A model generated the notes under the pieces. That model ran no database searches. It had not been told where the DNA came from and was given only the letters and a program-made list of their open reading frames with translations. The translations under genes and the position numbers were made by a program. From positions 114,762,001-114,826,000 of the forward strand of contig OX597815.1 of assembly GCA_951406725.2 (NCBI GenBank): 64,000 bases of DNA. The letters run 5' to 3'. Position 1 is the stretch's first letter, and every line of letters begins with the position of its first letter. The stretch is from Octopus vulgaris. Its lineage: Eukaryota. This document shows, piece after piece, positions 62,491 through 64,000 of this stretch.

Positions 62491-62792
62491 AGAAAGGACC
62501 CAACAAGTTTTAAAAGATCTCAACCAACCAGCATCACTCTACTAAAACAAATGAATAAATGAAAGGATGAATGCATGTTTGGCTGTACTGGTTCCACATA
62601 AAAAGCACCTAGTCCATTCTGTAAAGAAGTTGGCATTAGGAAGGGCATCCTGCCATAAAAACCATGTCAAAACAGACATTGAGGTTTAGTGTAGTCCTCT
62701 GGCTTGCCAGCTCCTAGCAAATCATCCAATCTATGCCAGTATGAAAGACAGATGAAGATGATATGTAGCATGCACATATATGTATGCATCAT

Positions 62793-62929
<137 letters not shown>

Positions 62930-64000
62930 AATGCAAGTATGAATGTGTTCTTCAGTACTCAGATTTAATCAATAGATTAAAATGACTTATGTTTATATTA
63001 CCCTGTATTTCACAACTTTCTATCAGTTTTGCAGTGTTACAAGCCATGACATGCTATTTCTAACAATGTCAAAATATCAGGGACACCATAAAATAAACAA
63101 GCATTAAATTGTTAACAAGATAACTAGCCATATATCAAACCATACCTACTTTGAGCCTAGCTTGTAATTTCTTTTAACATCACTCAAACAAACCACAACT
63201 TTGTTTTAAAAAAGAATGTGAAAAAGGTAAAAACAATAAATGTTATACTGTAAAATAATAATTCTTGTACTTATTTGTTCGTAGTCCCTTTAACAAAGTT
63301 AGAGCTGATCAAATCCCCTAGAGGTGGGATTAGGATTTGACAAATACAAACAGTGATAATATTTTAATAACTGAGACAAATAAAATGGACAGATTAAACT
63401 GGATCACAAAAATAATTTATAAAACCTTTGAGACTTGCCATAAATACCACATAATTTAGTGTATAAGACAATATTTCAAACTACCAAAATATTGCCAAAA
63501 TAATAAGCTAATTTATATACAGAGTATGTAATTTGAATCGTTACTGCTCAATCACTATCACCACCACTTGATGAGTCATAATTGTATAATACATGTATAA
63601 TCTGGACATGTGTAAGAACCTTCAGCTTGCAGGTAAATGTTTGTGCAAACCTTTTCAGATGATGAAAGCTAACTCTCAGTTATTCACACAATCTCCTTGT
63701 CAATCCCACAACTTTAGAGTAGCCACAATGAATAGCAGGCTGGATAAACCTGTTGAAATATTAAAATGGAGTCATGTAATCATGTGTTACATTCAAAAGG
63801 AACAACAGAGAGGAGTCTCAGCTAGGTTTCTCACAGACAAAGAATAAAGATATAAATTCTTCTTAGTAAGCAATAATAATGGTGTGAGGAGTGGGCAAAC
63901 TTCTGGCAGAGAAATGGGTAAATAAAGTCATCAAAGTAATCAGAGAATGCAATAGGATAATGAAGCTTAGACCAGTCTTGGAAAATATACTAGCAACATT

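Overview
AT-rich, intron-rich animal genomic DNA. The repeat complement (RTE LINEs with (TGA)n tails, tRNA-derived SINEs, dense microsatellites) looks like an octopus or other coleoid cephalopod; this is an inference. Two spliced genes converge tail to tail. The last four coding exons of DNA topoisomerase III-beta (TOP3B, +) lie at 814-5996. Twenty-one coding exons of an APPL1/2-like BAR-PH-PTB adaptor (-) run from 58584 to 14428, giving 680 aa in the window, with exon 1 not found. Introns and the intergenic region hold a decayed pogo transposon, an internally deleted Gypsy LTR element, several RTE and CR1-like LINE pieces, hAT MITEs and many SINEs. The most unusual signal is three unrelated small non-coding elements that each carry a Penelope/retrozyme-type hammerhead ribozyme motif. 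(i) A 480-bp terminally redundant unit with an intact-looking hammerhead (18738-19251). (ii) An AT-rich element with an inverted repeat and a hammerhead with a long stem II (43.46-44.15 kb). (iii) A tRNA-headed, hammerhead-tailed SINE inserted as a head-to-head palindrome with a 14-bp TSD (61212-61746); the same inversion junction recurs at 60151-60324. All structures were read by eye and nothing was computed.
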